Under the pieces are notes generated by a model. That model was not told the origin of the DNA, made no database searches, and was given only the letters and a program-made list of their open reading frames with translations. A program made the translations under genes and the position numbers. Positions 39,176-51,783 of a stretch of 64,000 nt of DNA are shown here, piece by piece (the first letter of the stretch is position 1; each line of letters starts with the position of its first letter). Source of the DNA: Octopus vulgaris (Eukaryota); assembly GCA_951406725.2 (NCBI GenBank), contig OX597818.1:124372001-124436000 (forward strand). Direction: 5' to 3'.

Positions 39176-40176
39176 TCATTCTTAAACTTCACTCCTGATA
39201 ATCCCCTCTCTCTCTCTCTCTCTTACTTTTGCACTATATCATTTTTCATAATTTTTTTTTTTTTACTATACTTGCAAAGAATTTTCCTCTTCATTCAAGA
39301 CACTTACATGGCTGTTTAGTTTAAATGATTGCACATGCAACCATGTGATTTCAGGTTCAGTCACACTGTGCAGTACCTTGGGCTATTATTTTCTTCTATA
39401 ACCCTAGAAGTATTGTAGAATATTTCTGCTTAAATATTCTGATAACCTATCCAGGAAGATCTCTCTCTCTCTCCTCACATACATCTACACACTACTAGAG
39501 ATGATTTAATGCTCTATGCTTCATTCTTGCTTTTGGTGCTAATCAGTTGAAACATGAGCCACTACACATGCATGCACACAGACACACACTCACACATAAC
39601 TGGAGAGGATTAAATGTAATATAATGTAAATTCTCTGAAGGCCCTGTACTTCGATCTTATTTTTGGTATTAATTTGTTGAAACATGAACCATTCCTAATA
39701 GGGTGCCAGTCTTTCTCAAGTAGCAAGGGTAGACATGGTTGTGTGCTTAAGAAGTGCACTTTACAACTCTTGTGTTTTCAGGTTCAATCCTACCATATGG
39801 CACCTTGAGCAAACATCGATATGAGTGAAATATTGTAGAAGGAAACTGTCTGAGAGCCTGTGGAAAGGTCCTCTCTTATTTTGGGAGTGGTAATTTTAAA
39901 TTTAATTCATTGCATTCTTTTTATACTGTCATGCAATTCTTGGGTGCCTTTAGTGGCATCAGCTCTGTTGAAAGTATTCAGACCAGGTCTCTGGCCTGAA
40001 GATAACTTCCTTCCACTAGTCCCAGAGGTTCTGAAGAAGGTCATGGGCATAACCCATTCTGCTCTGAATAAGCCATAAAAACCAGCAATGACAGCAACCC
40101 AGAACATCTCATATCTATTTCTGAGAGGAAGATAAAATGAGACACTAAGAATGAGATGTATTGTGTGGTTAGGCAC

Positions 40177-40911
40177 AGACATAGCTGTGTGGTAAGAAGT
40201 TAGTTTCCCAGTCATATGGTTCTGGGTTCAGTCCCACTGCATGGTCCTTTGAGCAAGTGTCTTTTACTACAGCCCCAGGTTGACCAAAGCCTTGTGAGAA
40301 GATTTGTGCAACAGAAACTGAAAGATGCTCGATATATAGTTATGTATTTTCCATTGGATATGACAAGGATTTCAGTTGGTCCCATCAATGGAACAGTCTA
40401 CACGTGAAATTAACATGCAAGTGGCTGAGCACACCACAGACACATGTACCTTTAACGTAGTTCTCAGGGAGATTCAGCATGACACAGAATATGACAAGGC
40501 TGGGCTTTTCAAATACGGGTACTACTCATTTTTGACAGCTGAGTGGACTGGAGCAATGTAAAATAAAGTGTCTGACTCAAGGACACAATGCATTGCCAGG
40601 AATTGAACTCACAGCCATACAATCATAAGCCTGTATGTGTATATATATATGTGCATTTCTGTGTGTGTGTGTGTGTTCCTGACTCCTTGCCTTGATATCA
40701 TGTGAGAGTTGTAAACAAGTGTCACTGTCATGCAAGTGGTGTCCTTTGTTTTCAACATTCTTATTTTATGAGCATCTTTGGTCTAATACCTTATTTGGGC
40801 AGAGATCATGATTGGTGTCAGGAAGGGCATCCAGGCATAGGAAATCCACCTCAACGAATTCCATCCAGCCTTTGCATGCATGAAAAAATTTGACATTAAA
40901 ATGACAATGTG

Positions 40912-40943
<32 letters not shown>

Positions 40944-41165
40944 ATATGTTTGTGTGTTTGTGTTTGTTCCCCCTCCCCCCAACATTGCTTGACAACCGAT
41001 GCTAGTGTGTTTACGTCCCCGTAACTTAGCAGTTCGGCAAAAGAGACCGATAAAATAAGTACTAGGCTTACAACGAATAAGTCCTGGGGTTGATTTGCTC
41101 AACGAAAAGGCGGTGCTCCAGCATGGCCACAGTCACATGACTGAAACAAGTAAGAGAGTAAAGAG
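40177..41165. mobile_element. Nested SINEs: A-head/RTE-tail SINE (+) interrupted by an F/C SINE (-, ~40370-40630), followed by a SINE-A 3' half (40925-41165)
   Basis: Segment matches to families A, C, F and D. Confidence 0.75.
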
Positions 41166-41191
41166 TGTATATATATATATATAATATATAT

Positions 41192-41528
41192 GTAAATACC
41201 AAAGATGAAATGAGTGCTCAACACCATATTGGTGGATATGTAATTTCTTTATTTGTGATTTAAGGCTACCATTGGTTTCATGTTAAGAAACGTAGGAAAA
41301 TATCCTAGTGTCTTAACAATTTGTCTACCCGATCACATGGTGAAAGGTGTTCCCTCCATTTTGGAAAACAGTCTTGCTTCGTTTACAAGTAATCCTGTGA
41401 ACAAAGCAAGACTGTTTTCCAAAATGGAGGCGAACACCTTTCTCCATGTGATCGGCTTGAAAAATTGTTAAAACACTAGGATATTTTCCTACTTTTCTTA
41501 ACATGAAACCAATGATAAATCATAAATC
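41192..41528. mobile_element. Fold-back element after (TA)n, Penelope-like architecture
   Basis: Inverted arms ~41270-41387 and ~41398-41514; leading segment resembles that of 59591-59801. Confidence 0.65.
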
Positions 41529-41787
41529 TGAAAGAGAAGCACACTGTAAGTTATAGAGCAGTAGAGTATATAGATAAAGATAGTTATGGCCAGTTCATAG
41601 CATTACCCAGGCTTTTGCATCCATAGAGTGCTTGGCTTTACACACGTCTTGTCAGATCCTAATGGTCAGTAACCCTATGAACCAGCCATAACTCCATAAC
41701 TATATTTATCTAAATATGTACATATATATATATAAATGTATAGATTTATATATAACTGGCATATTTATATATATGTGCATGTGTATA

Positions 41788-41830
<43 letters not shown>

Positions 41831-42029
41831 ATGTATGTATATATATAACATCATCATTTAACATCCATCTTCTGTGTATGCATGGGTATATATATATTAT
41901 GTTTATGTTTTTCACTGTTTAATTTGCCTAATAGTGGTTTTATTTCTAATTTATTATATATATATTTATACTGTAAAATTAGATTTAATCCTAAATCTAA
42001 TTTTTCCCTGTAAGTTTGGATTTACTCCC

Positions 42030-42061
<32 letters not shown>

Positions 42062-42063
<2 letters not shown>

Positions 42064-42147
42064 GCTGCCCCCTCGTTATCGAGTATGGCCATTGCACGAA
42101 GCTTAACTGTTACTGGTGCTGTGATCGAATGTGACTTTTTAGCCCAG
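42062..42147 (-). mobile_element. RTE-like LINE extreme 3' end within (TA)n
   Basis: Minus strand [12 protein letters not shown] (end of a zinc finger), short UTR with ctcg-ataa-cgag hairpin, then (AT)n. Confidence 0.65.
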
Positions 42148-42190
42148 CTATACATATATATATATATATATATACATACATACATACACA

Positions 42191-42357
<167 letters not shown>

Positions 42358-43053
42358 TCGGGATTTGAACATAAGACTTATGAGTTAGTTGTTCAATACA
42401 CTAACCCATAACCACTGACCTATTTTCCCTATATACACTGGAGATAAATTATCTGATCGGTTTGCCATTGCATTTTTTTTAAAGAGGATTAACTTCATCA
42501 TTATCCAATCATAATCATATAAGCCAGATAACTCATAGAATTGTTTATGTGGTTGCTGTTGTTTTTATGTTGTCATCAGGTTGATTGGGGGGGGGGGTTT
42601 AGCCACTAAAAATAAATTCTTCATTTGAAATGTCTTAAATTACACAAAGGAAAAAAAAAGTGGAAAAAAATCTAAGAAAAACAAGAAAAAATGCATTTCA
42701 ATATTTCAGTTATTATAAAAGAATTTCTTCAGTATGATATTATTTCATCAACAACGGTCATCGTTAATGCTTTTAGAAATTGAACTATTGAGCAAATGAG
42801 ATATGTGAAGCTTGAATAAACAAAGGATAAAAAATTCTTTCTTTTCTTAAAGGATTCCCGAAATTTAACTACTTCACTGTTTTTATTGATGGAAGAGCTT
42901 CTTTCAAAGACGATTTCAAAGGCATTTCACAATGAGAATTGATACAAATACTTTTTTTCCTAATATTCTGTTGTTTTGGGTTGTTTTTTTTTATTTCATT
43001 CAGCTGCAAGCTATCATCATCTATCACAGTAGTAGTTGTGGTTTCTAAAGTTA

Positions 43054-43370
43054 TTATTGCCTCCGCCTTAGCAAAGGTGGTGGTATTGTTTTCAGTTGTG
43101 TTTGTTTGTTTGTTTGTCCGTGGACAAGATATCTCAAGAACCACTCGATGGATTTGGATGAAACTTTCAGGGATGTTTGGTCCCATGACTGACACGAACT
43201 GATTAGATTTTGGGATCAATCTGGTACCGGACAAGGATTCTGGATTATTTTTCTGCTTTTTTTAAACTAATTTTTGAGAGCAGTTGGGTTCATTTTTAGT
43301 ATTCTCGTTTGTGAGAGCAATCGAGTTTATTTCAGATATTCTCATTTTAAAAATCATCTCTGGCTAATTG
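43054..43370 (+). mobile_element. Helentron/DINE-like non-autonomous element, partial
   Basis: ttattgcctccgcc-ttagcaa-aggtggtgg hairpin start, (gttt)n, then gatggatttggatgaaact; architecture recognised from memory. Confidence 0.55.
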
Positions 43371-43589
43371 TTTGGCACAATGGTTAACACGCTGGATGAT
43401 ATGCTTAGCGGTATTTTGCTTGTCGCTTTGATCTGAGTTCAAATTCCACCAAGGTCGACTTTGTCTTTCGTCCTTTTGGAGACGATGAAATAAATACCAG
43501 TCATGCACTGGATTCAATGTAATTAACTGTTTCCCTCCTCCAAAATTTGAAGCCTTGTACCTATAGTAGAAAAGATTATTATTATTATT

Positions 43590-43806
43590 ATTATTCAGTA
43601 GTATATTTTTTATATCGTGCTTTCACTTCACTACCGAGCACAGCTCTGTGTGCCTTGGGTATGTGCTGTGATTTGTTGTGATGCTCTGATGGTTATTGTA
43701 TGGAAAGTGTTCTGCGTAGGATGTGTACAGTGCCTAGTAGTGCAATTTTCTGTATGTTATATGTGTTTGTAAGTCCTGGTGTTTTTGTTATGTATTTGTC
43801 TGAATA
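43590..43806 (-). mobile_element. R4/Dong-like LINE 3' end in a (TAA)n tract
   Basis: KYITKTPGLTNTYNIQKIALLGTVHILRRTLSIQ* (QK.ALLGT..ILR terminus); (TTA)n on both flanks. Confidence 0.75.
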
Positions 43807-43848
<42 letters not shown>

Positions 43849-44137
43849 GTTTGAAGGTGGAAAACTGACAGAATCATTGCCATACCAGACAAAATGCAAA
43901 GTCAACTTAGGTATAATTTGAACTCAGACTATAGAAGTTTGCAACAAAATATCGCTTAAATACAATTATAATTGTTTCTAATTTAGACAGAATGCCTGCA
44001 GTTTTGAGGTGAGAGCATCAGTTCATTAACCTTGCCAGCTCACTGCCTTTGCTACTCTTGTTATAGTCATCATCATCATCATCATCATCATCACTTAGCG
44101 TCTGTTTTCCATGTTGGTATGAGTTAGATGGTCTGAC

Positions 44138-44551
44138 GAGGTGAGCTGGCAGAAACGTTAGCGCGCCGGGCGAAATGCTTAGCGGTATTTCGTCTGTCGT
44201 TACGTTCTGAGTTCAAATTCCGCCGAGGTCGACTTTGCCTTTCATCCTTTCGGGGTTGATAAATTAAGTACCAGTTACGCACTGGAGTCGATGTAATCGA
44301 CTTAATACCTATGTCTGTCCTTGTTTGTCCCCTCTATGTTTAGCCCCTTGTGGGTAGTAAAGAAATAGGTATTTCGTCTGTCGTTACGTTCTGAGTTCAA
44401 ATTCCGCCAAGGTCGACTTTGCCTTTCATCCTTTCGGGGTTGATAAATTAAGTACCAGTTACGCACTGGAGTCGATGTAATCGACTTAATACCTATGTCT
44501 GTCCTTGTTTGTCCCCTCTATGTTTAGCCCCTTGTGGGTAATAAAGAAATA
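44138..44551 (+). mobile_element. SINE-B tandem dimer inserted into a family D element
   Basis: Second unit starts at ggtatttcg (44368); 22-bp TSD ggtatgagttagatggtctgac (44116-44137 and 44552-44573). Confidence 0.93.
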
Positions 44552-44759
44552 GGTATGAGTTAGATGGTCTGACCAGAACTTGTAAGCTGGAGAGCTGTAC
44601 CAGGCTCCAGTCAGTTTTGGCTTGATTTCTATCGCTAGATGCCCTTCCTAATGCCAACCACTTCACAGAGTGCAGTGGATACCTTCTACATGCCATGAGC
44701 ACAGGTGTCTTTTACATGTTACTGACATAATGAAAATAACAATCAGTAACGATATAATA

Positions 44760-44980
44760 ATTCTTTCTAATCTTCGCACAAGGCCAGCAGTTTTGAAGGG
44801 AAGAGGACAAGTTCATTATAGCAACCCCAGTGCTTGACTAATACTTTATTTTATCAACCCAAAAGGGATGAAAGACAAAGTTGACCTTGGTGGGATTTGA
44901 ACTCAAATCATAAAATTTCAGAAGAAATGCAGCTAAACATTTTGTCCAACACACTAACAATTCTACCAGGTCACCACCTT
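44760..44980 (-). mobile_element. Old SINE-B
   Basis: gggatgaaagacaaagttgaccttgg. Confidence 0.7.
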
Positions 44981-45426
44981 CAGTGACAATATAATGATGA
45001 TATAATAATAATGATAATGAACAATTTAAATTATGAAACACACTCAACAAATACTCAAAAATTTCCTTAAAGCTACAGATGTCATTGAATCTCAATGAAT
45101 TATTTTGTTTCTGTTTTTCATGCTTGTTTTTCTGTTTATTTTCTACATTCTTTTGGTGTTTATTCTTCGTTTTTATTATTATTGGCACAGTAGTTGTTGG
45201 TGTTGCAATTAAAATAATAGCAATATTTAAATAACAGTGTTAAAAGGAAATTCTTAGTTAATTCTTTTAAAGTCTTCACATATAAAATTCATTAATGACA
45301 TTCTGAGTGGTCTTAGAAAGAAATTCTTGTTCAAAAGTGGTTAAGAAAAAAAAAAAAATCCTCTATTAACAAAAGTGGTAAGGTAGGAAATTATTCTTAT
45401 TAAAATATTGTTTAAAAAATATTTTA

Positions 45427-46135
45427 TCATCATCATCATCATCGTCATTTTAATGCCCACTTTTCCATGCTTGTTTGGATCAGATGAAATTCATTGAGGG
45501 AGAATTTCTGTGGCTGGATGCTTTTCTTGTTCACCAACTCTCAACTGTTTCCAAGCAAGCTCATATTTACCCTCTTTGTACATGAAGCAGCCAAATGGTT
45601 GGACATGATTTAACTGAAGATTGCAAACAGACAACACTGCAGGTATGACACTGATGTTTGTTTACAATTAGCATACAATATCAAGACAAAGACATACATA
45701 CATACATACATGATGAGATTCTTTGTCGTTTTCATTATCCTTCATCCTTAATCTTTTACTTATTTCACTTTGTGGACAGTGGCCATGCTAGAGCACCACC
45801 TAGAAGAGCTTAGTTGAACAAAGTGACCCCAATATTTATTTTGTCAGACTGGTACTTATTCTATCTTTTATTTTTACGCTGAGCCACTAAGTTGCAGGGA
45901 CAAACGCAAACACAAAGACACACACACATATACATGCATACATACATACATACATACACATACGCACACATGCACACACACATACATACATAGCTGGCTT
46001 CTTTCAGTTTCTACTTACCAAATCCACTCAGCCTGAGTTTATAGTGGAACACACTTGCCCAATATGTCACACAGTGGGACTGAACCCAGAACCATGTAGT
46101 TGGGAAGCAAATTTACTACACAGTCACACCTGTAC
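45427..46135 (-). mobile_element. Old RTE-tailed SINE half and old SINE-A
   Basis: Segment matches to the families above. Confidence 0.7.
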
Positions 46136-46764
46136 CTAGATTTTTCTGCAACTTTTCTTGTGTTTCTTTGGGGGTTTTTTTGTTGTGTTTTTTTTTGTTT
46201 GTTTTTGTTATTGTTTTTATTTGTCATAACCATCATTATGTAAAAGTCTTGCAATGTTTCATAGGAAAATCCTGTATCAAGTTGTAGAATTAATGGGTTG
46301 TTTGCATGTTCCAGTATAGTTTCAATTTCTAGTTTTCCTAATGATCCTTTGATATTTAGAATTATTTCTTCTTTGTGCGAATGTCATCATGTTGAGCGTG
46401 TGACTTTAACAATGACTTTGTTTCTTCAACGTTTTTAATCAAACATGTTATGGAACTTTACTGAAAGGATTATAACAAAGTCTAACCATAGTTTGTTCTT
46501 ACAAGCATGCGTTGATTCTGTGACACTTCAATTCTATTATGTGACATTACAATTGAGCAAACTAGTTTCTTTTCTTATTCAAATCACTTGATTCTGATTG
46601 GATAAAAAATGCATTTCAGCTTGTAGAAACTTGTGTGTGTGTAGGTGGGTGTATTATTTAGCCGTAAAGTTACATAAGTAATTCAAAGGGGCTACAGTTT
46701 CATAAATGTGCAATGCATAAAACTCTTTGCCTTTAATTCATTTATGGAACTTATCAGCTGAGAC

Positions 46765-46976
46765 CGATGGCATGAAAAAAGCACCCAGTATACTTTGTAA
46801 AGTTGTTGGCATTTGGAAGGGCATCCAACTATAGAAACCATGCCAAAACAGTGGAGCCAACATATCCTTGCAGGACTTGCCAGAACCTATCAAGCCGTCC
46901 ATGCCAGCATTGGAAAACAGACATTAAATGATGATGATGATGATGATGATATATATATGTGTGTGTGTGTGTGTGT

Positions 46977-47023
<47 letters not shown>

Positions 47024-47500
47024 CATACATACATACATGCATCCATACATACATACATACATACATACATACATACATACATACATACATACATACATAC
47101 ATACATACATACATACATACATACATACATCTTTTCATGCTGGCATGGGTTGGATAGTTTGACAGCGGTCTGGCAAGCCTGTGGGCTGCACCAGTCTCCA
47201 ATCTGATCTGGCAATCTTTCTATGGCTGGGTGCCCTTCCTAACACCAACCACTCTGAGAGTTTACTGGGTGCTTTTTATGTGCCACCGGCATGAAAGCCA
47301 GTCAGGGAGCACTGGCATTGACCACATTTGGATGTTGACGATGCTGACATGGTTTGGACTGTTTGACAGGAGCCAGGCAAGCCAGAGAGCTGCACCAGGT
47401 CCCATTGTCTGCTTTGGCAGGGTTTCTACAACTGGATACCCTTCCTAATGCCAACCACTTTACAGAGTGTACTGAGCACTTTTTATGTGACACCAGCACC
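46765..47500. mobile_element. Family D copies tail-to-tail around a (GAT)(GT)(GATA)(TACA) microsatellite
   Basis: 46765-46948 (+); two (-) copies in 47129-47500. Confidence 0.8.
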
Positions 47501-48122
47501 TGTATGACCTACACAATGATGGAAAGATGATTTAGTTTACTGATTTGGGCACAGATGGATAAGAATGGTGCAATCAAGAAAGAATTGGAAGAGCATTGTG
47601 TCCATCAGTGTTTAATAACACTTGACAGTCTGGTCGGTACTGCGATACTGTAATATATATACTCTCATGCGTTGAGGGATGTTTCTCCTGTTTGTTCCAT
47701 CAAACCTACACACACACACACATACATACACATATTAATATATAAATATCTTTTGGGGAGTTATTTATGCTTGACAAGTGACTTGACCTGAGATGGTGTT
47801 GAAATTAACACAGATTGTAGAAGTATCATGACAGTCATTTAAAATACACATACACATTACTTCCACATGTATTTATTTCTTAAGGACCATTAATACTGTA
47901 AAGTGTCAAAAAGTTTTATCACAGAACTACAACCTGGTCATTGACACTATAGATGTACTGAAATTATATTAGTAATCAGGTCGTAAATGTAGTACAGAAT
48001 TACTTGACATTTTATAGTATATATTACTGTTAGCAGATAAAATTAGTAGAGGTAATACATTATATGTGGAACTTCTACATTATTACTGTTGTGGACTACT
48101 AATTTACAGGGATGTAAACACT

Positions 48123-48206
<84 letters not shown>

Positions 48207-48226
48207 TACATGCATACATGTATATT

Positions 48227-48278
<52 letters not shown>

Positions 48279-48371
48279 CACACATACACACACATGCATC
48301 TTTTATCTTTTATATGTTTCAGTCATTAAACTACAGCCATGCTGGGGCACTATCTTGAAGAATTTTAGTTA

Positions 48372-48705
48372 CATCATCATCATCATTGTTCGACCGTGGT
48401 CGAGACAATGGAATTTACCATGCTACGCCAGACTTCACGGTCCATCATAGCATTACGGAGGTCCTGTTGCTGGATGCCTGTATCCCTGGAGATTACATCA
48501 GGGTAGGAGAGTGTGCGCCCTGTGGTATCTCGAGCAGATGGCTTCCAGAGGAGAAGAGTAGAAATTACCTCGTTTTCAGCTCTACAACAATGTCCAGCAA
48601 ACTGGACTCTCCTACCTTTCACAAGAGATGACACAGGTGGTAGTTTCCCATATATTTGCATTTTGGTTGGATGACGCTTCCACAAGAGATTTTGAGCTCT
48701 CATTG
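48372..48705 (-). mobile_element. RTE/RTEX-type LINE 3' end (106-aa open C-terminus) with (TGA)n tail, inserted in a SINE-A
   Basis: RRVQFAGHCCRAENEVISTLLLWKP...LRNAMMDREVWRSMV; no stops. Confidence 0.85.
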
Positions 48706-48879
48706 GCTACAGTACATATTTTATGTCTCTTTTTTAAGCCTGGTATTTATTCTGTCTTTCTCTTTTCTTTTGATGAACTACTAATTTACAGGGATGTAAA
48801 CACTAGCACACATACACACACACACACACACATATAATTATCGTCGTGATTTACTGCTAACTCCAAAAGTTTTTTGATT

Positions 48880-49030
48880 CTCTCTCTGTTTATTTCCTTG
48901 TGGTCCTTTCTGGTGAAGAGCATAGGCTCAAAATGTATAACACTTTCTCACCTTCCCGAGCATCAAACTAATACACCTGTTGTTGTTTATACACCTATCT
49001 TTGTCTTTTGTTTTTACTGTAAATTTTAAC

Positions 49031-49032
<2 letters not shown>
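48880..49032 (+). mobile_element. Penelope-like terminal repeat with a decayed hammerhead
   Basis: ctttctggtgaagagcataggctcaaaatgta; matches 20147-20254. Confidence 0.6.
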
Positions 49033-49079
<47 letters not shown>

Positions 49080-49081
<2 letters not shown>

Positions 49082-49426
49082 ACAATTGCAGAGTGGAAGG
49101 TATTTGTAAGCCATTTAAGAAACACACAAAAGCCGTTCGATTCACTTCATCATTTAAGTTTAATTTGTCAAAATATTTTCATCGCTATAAGACCGCGACC
49201 TGTTCACTGACAAAAATCCGTGATGCAGCACAAATTTTTGTCAGTGAACAGGTCGCAGTCTTAAAGCGACGAAAATATTTTGACAAATTAAACTTAAATG
49301 ATGAAGTGAATTGAACGGCTTTTGTGTGTTTCTTAAATGGCTTACAAATACCTTCCACGCTGCAATTGTTTTCGTTTCAGCACACGATCTCAGATCAAAT
49401 CACTTGCTATGCAAGTACATCTCCGT
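49080..49426. mobile_element. Penelope-like inverted (fold-back) terminal repeats in (TA)n
   Basis: ~137-bp arms 49080-49216 and 49234-49371; each arm carries a hammerhead fold. Confidence 0.75.
49237..49287 (+). ncRNA. Minimal type-I hammerhead fold with G3-C8 core (mirror copy at 49164-49214, minus strand)
   Basis: tttgtca GTGAACA g gtcgc-agtcttaaa-gcgac GAA aatatt T tgacaaa: 7-bp stem I, 5-bp stem II, palindromic stem III. Confidence 0.7.
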
Positions 49427-49468
49427 ATATATATATTTTCAGCCTTATCTGCTTAAGAACTTCTCCAT

Positions 49469-49689
49469 TTAACCCTATTGTTACCATATTTCTGTTGACA
49501 CATATTACCTTTATTTTCATTAATTTTGAAAATTAGAAGAATTTAGTAAAATTGTGATCAAGTTGGTATTTAGAACTTAATTTTGACATGAAATTTTGAT
49601 CGACGGTATTAATTTAAATCACTGTAATATAGTAATTAATATCACAGAACGAGGAGCAGTCTCAGGTGGGCTGGTATCAAAAGGATTAA
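49469..49689. mobile_element. TTAA-type MITE
   Basis: ttaaccctattgttacc ... ggtatcaaaaggattaa. Confidence 0.6.
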
Positions 49690-49959
49690 GCACTAATCAA
49701 TAACATGACCTCTTTAAGGTTTGTACGATAAGTAGGATCTGCATGGATGTTGCGATGTTCATATCTTGCTCGGGATGTTAGCATTACTGAAATTGCTTCT
49801 ACAAGGAGTTGAACCTAAGTTGTGGACTACATTTGGGTGATTATTAACTACATCTGTGCCACATTTTTCACCATATATATAATTGATGTGAAGACTAATA
49901 ACCACTGTAAATGCCATGGAAAGACAATACAAAACAAGATTGACAGTTCTTAACTCATA

Positions 49960-50280
49960 AACATTTGATGCCCATTTTTTATGCTGACATGGATTGGATG
50001 GTTTGACAGGAACTGGCAGGTTAGGGACCATACCAGGTTCCATACTCTGCTTTGGCATGGTTTCTACAGCTGGATGCCCTTCCTAATGCCAACCACCTTA
50101 CAGAGTGTACAGAGTGCTTTTTACGTGACACCATCACTGGTGCTTTTTACATGGCACCTTGGTTTTAAGGATTAAGGTAAAGTCAACCTCAATGGAATTT
50201 GAACTCAGAATGTAAAGATGGACAAAATGCCTCTAAGCCTTTTGCCTGGCATGCTGATGATTCTGCCAGCTTACTGCCCT
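49960..50280 (-). mobile_element. Family D fragment and SINE-B 5' fragment
   Basis: Segment matches. Confidence 0.7.
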
Positions 50281-51484
50281 GAGCTGACCAGAAATATTAA
50301 CATCAACAACCTATCATGTGTAAATTTTATTGGAAAAAAATTGATTTTATCATGTCAATATACACTGCTAGTATACTGTAATTCTTGAAACAGGGTGAGA
50401 TGACTATTATAACTTACATGTTATATACTTTGCCATCTTATTCGGTGAAGATCAAAGGGAGACAAGTTAATATTGTTCATTCAGTGGCTTATTACTTAAC
50501 TTGCATGAAAAATTGAGAAAGTGAAGAGGAAGCGATCTGAGGAAAGAGCTGGACATTAATTCTTTCTAATTTTGGTACAAGGCCAGCGATTTGAGGGGAG
50601 GGGAAAGCTGATTACATCAATCCCGCTGCTTAACTGGTACTTACTTATTTTATCGATCCTCAAAAGGATGAACAGTTGGACATTAATTAAGGGTATCTGT
50701 CGATGTGTACAATAAATATAACCACACTGATTCAGAGTGAAAAAAATGTGCTCTGATGATCAGAGAAAGTTTCCATAGCAAAGGAACAGACATGTTAAGT
50801 GATTAAGAAGTTTGGATTACAACCTCTCCTATTCTGGGTTCAGTCTCTCTCTCTCTCTCTCTGTGACACCAAGGTATTTTCCTTAATCCTTTATTAGGGT
50901 GCAGAAGTCTGCAAAACATAACAGCTCATATGATTTATTGCTCAACACAATAACAGTGCTAAACGAAGCCCAATCTATTTTATCTTTTAGCGTTTACTTG
51001 TTTCAGTCACATGACTACCGCCATGCTGTGGCATCACCTTTAGTTAAACAAATCAACTCTGGTACTTATTCTTAAAAGTTTCATACTTACTCTATCAGTT
51101 TCTTTTGCCTAACTGCTAAGTTACAGAGACGTAATCAAACATTGGTTGTCAAGCAATGTTAGTGGAGGGATGAGTACAAACATAAAGACTCATACACACC
51201 CACACATGTACACTCACACACATGCCCACATGTGCACATGTATGTGTGTGTGTATGTATGTATGTATCTATATAAATATAGTTCAAATTTACAGAAAACA
51301 AAAGATGAAGACAGGTGAGGGAACAACAAGCAGATGTATTAGTTTAACACTTGGGAAGAATGGAAAAGTCTGACATTTCAAACCTATACTCTTTGACAGA
51401 AAGGAGTGAGAGGCAATAAGGTAGGAAAGATGAAAGCCCAAGAAAGGTAGAATTTCAGTCATGCAGGTTCAAACTAGGGTTAGT

Positions 51485-51515
<31 letters not shown>

Positions 51516-51554
51516 TAAATGCATATATACACAGTGGCCTTCAACACAGTTTCT

Positions 51555-51783
51555 TATTTCTTTATTACCCACAGGGGGCTAAACATAGAGGGGACAAACA
51601 AGGACATACAAAGGGATTAAGTCGATTAGATCGACCCCAGTATGCAACTGGTACTTAATTTATCAACCACAAAAGGATGAAAGGCAAAGTCGACCTTGAC
51701 GGAATTTGAACTCAGAACATTAAGACAGATGAAATACCACTAAGCTTTTCGCCCGGCATGCTAACGTTTCTGTCAGATCACCT
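51555..51783 (-). mobile_element. SINE-B inserted in a SINE-A (A pieces at ~50985-51190 and ~51530-51921; Penelope-like piece at 51280-51405)
   Basis: 17-bp TSD ccttcaacacagtttct (51538-51554 and 51784-51800). Confidence 0.88.
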
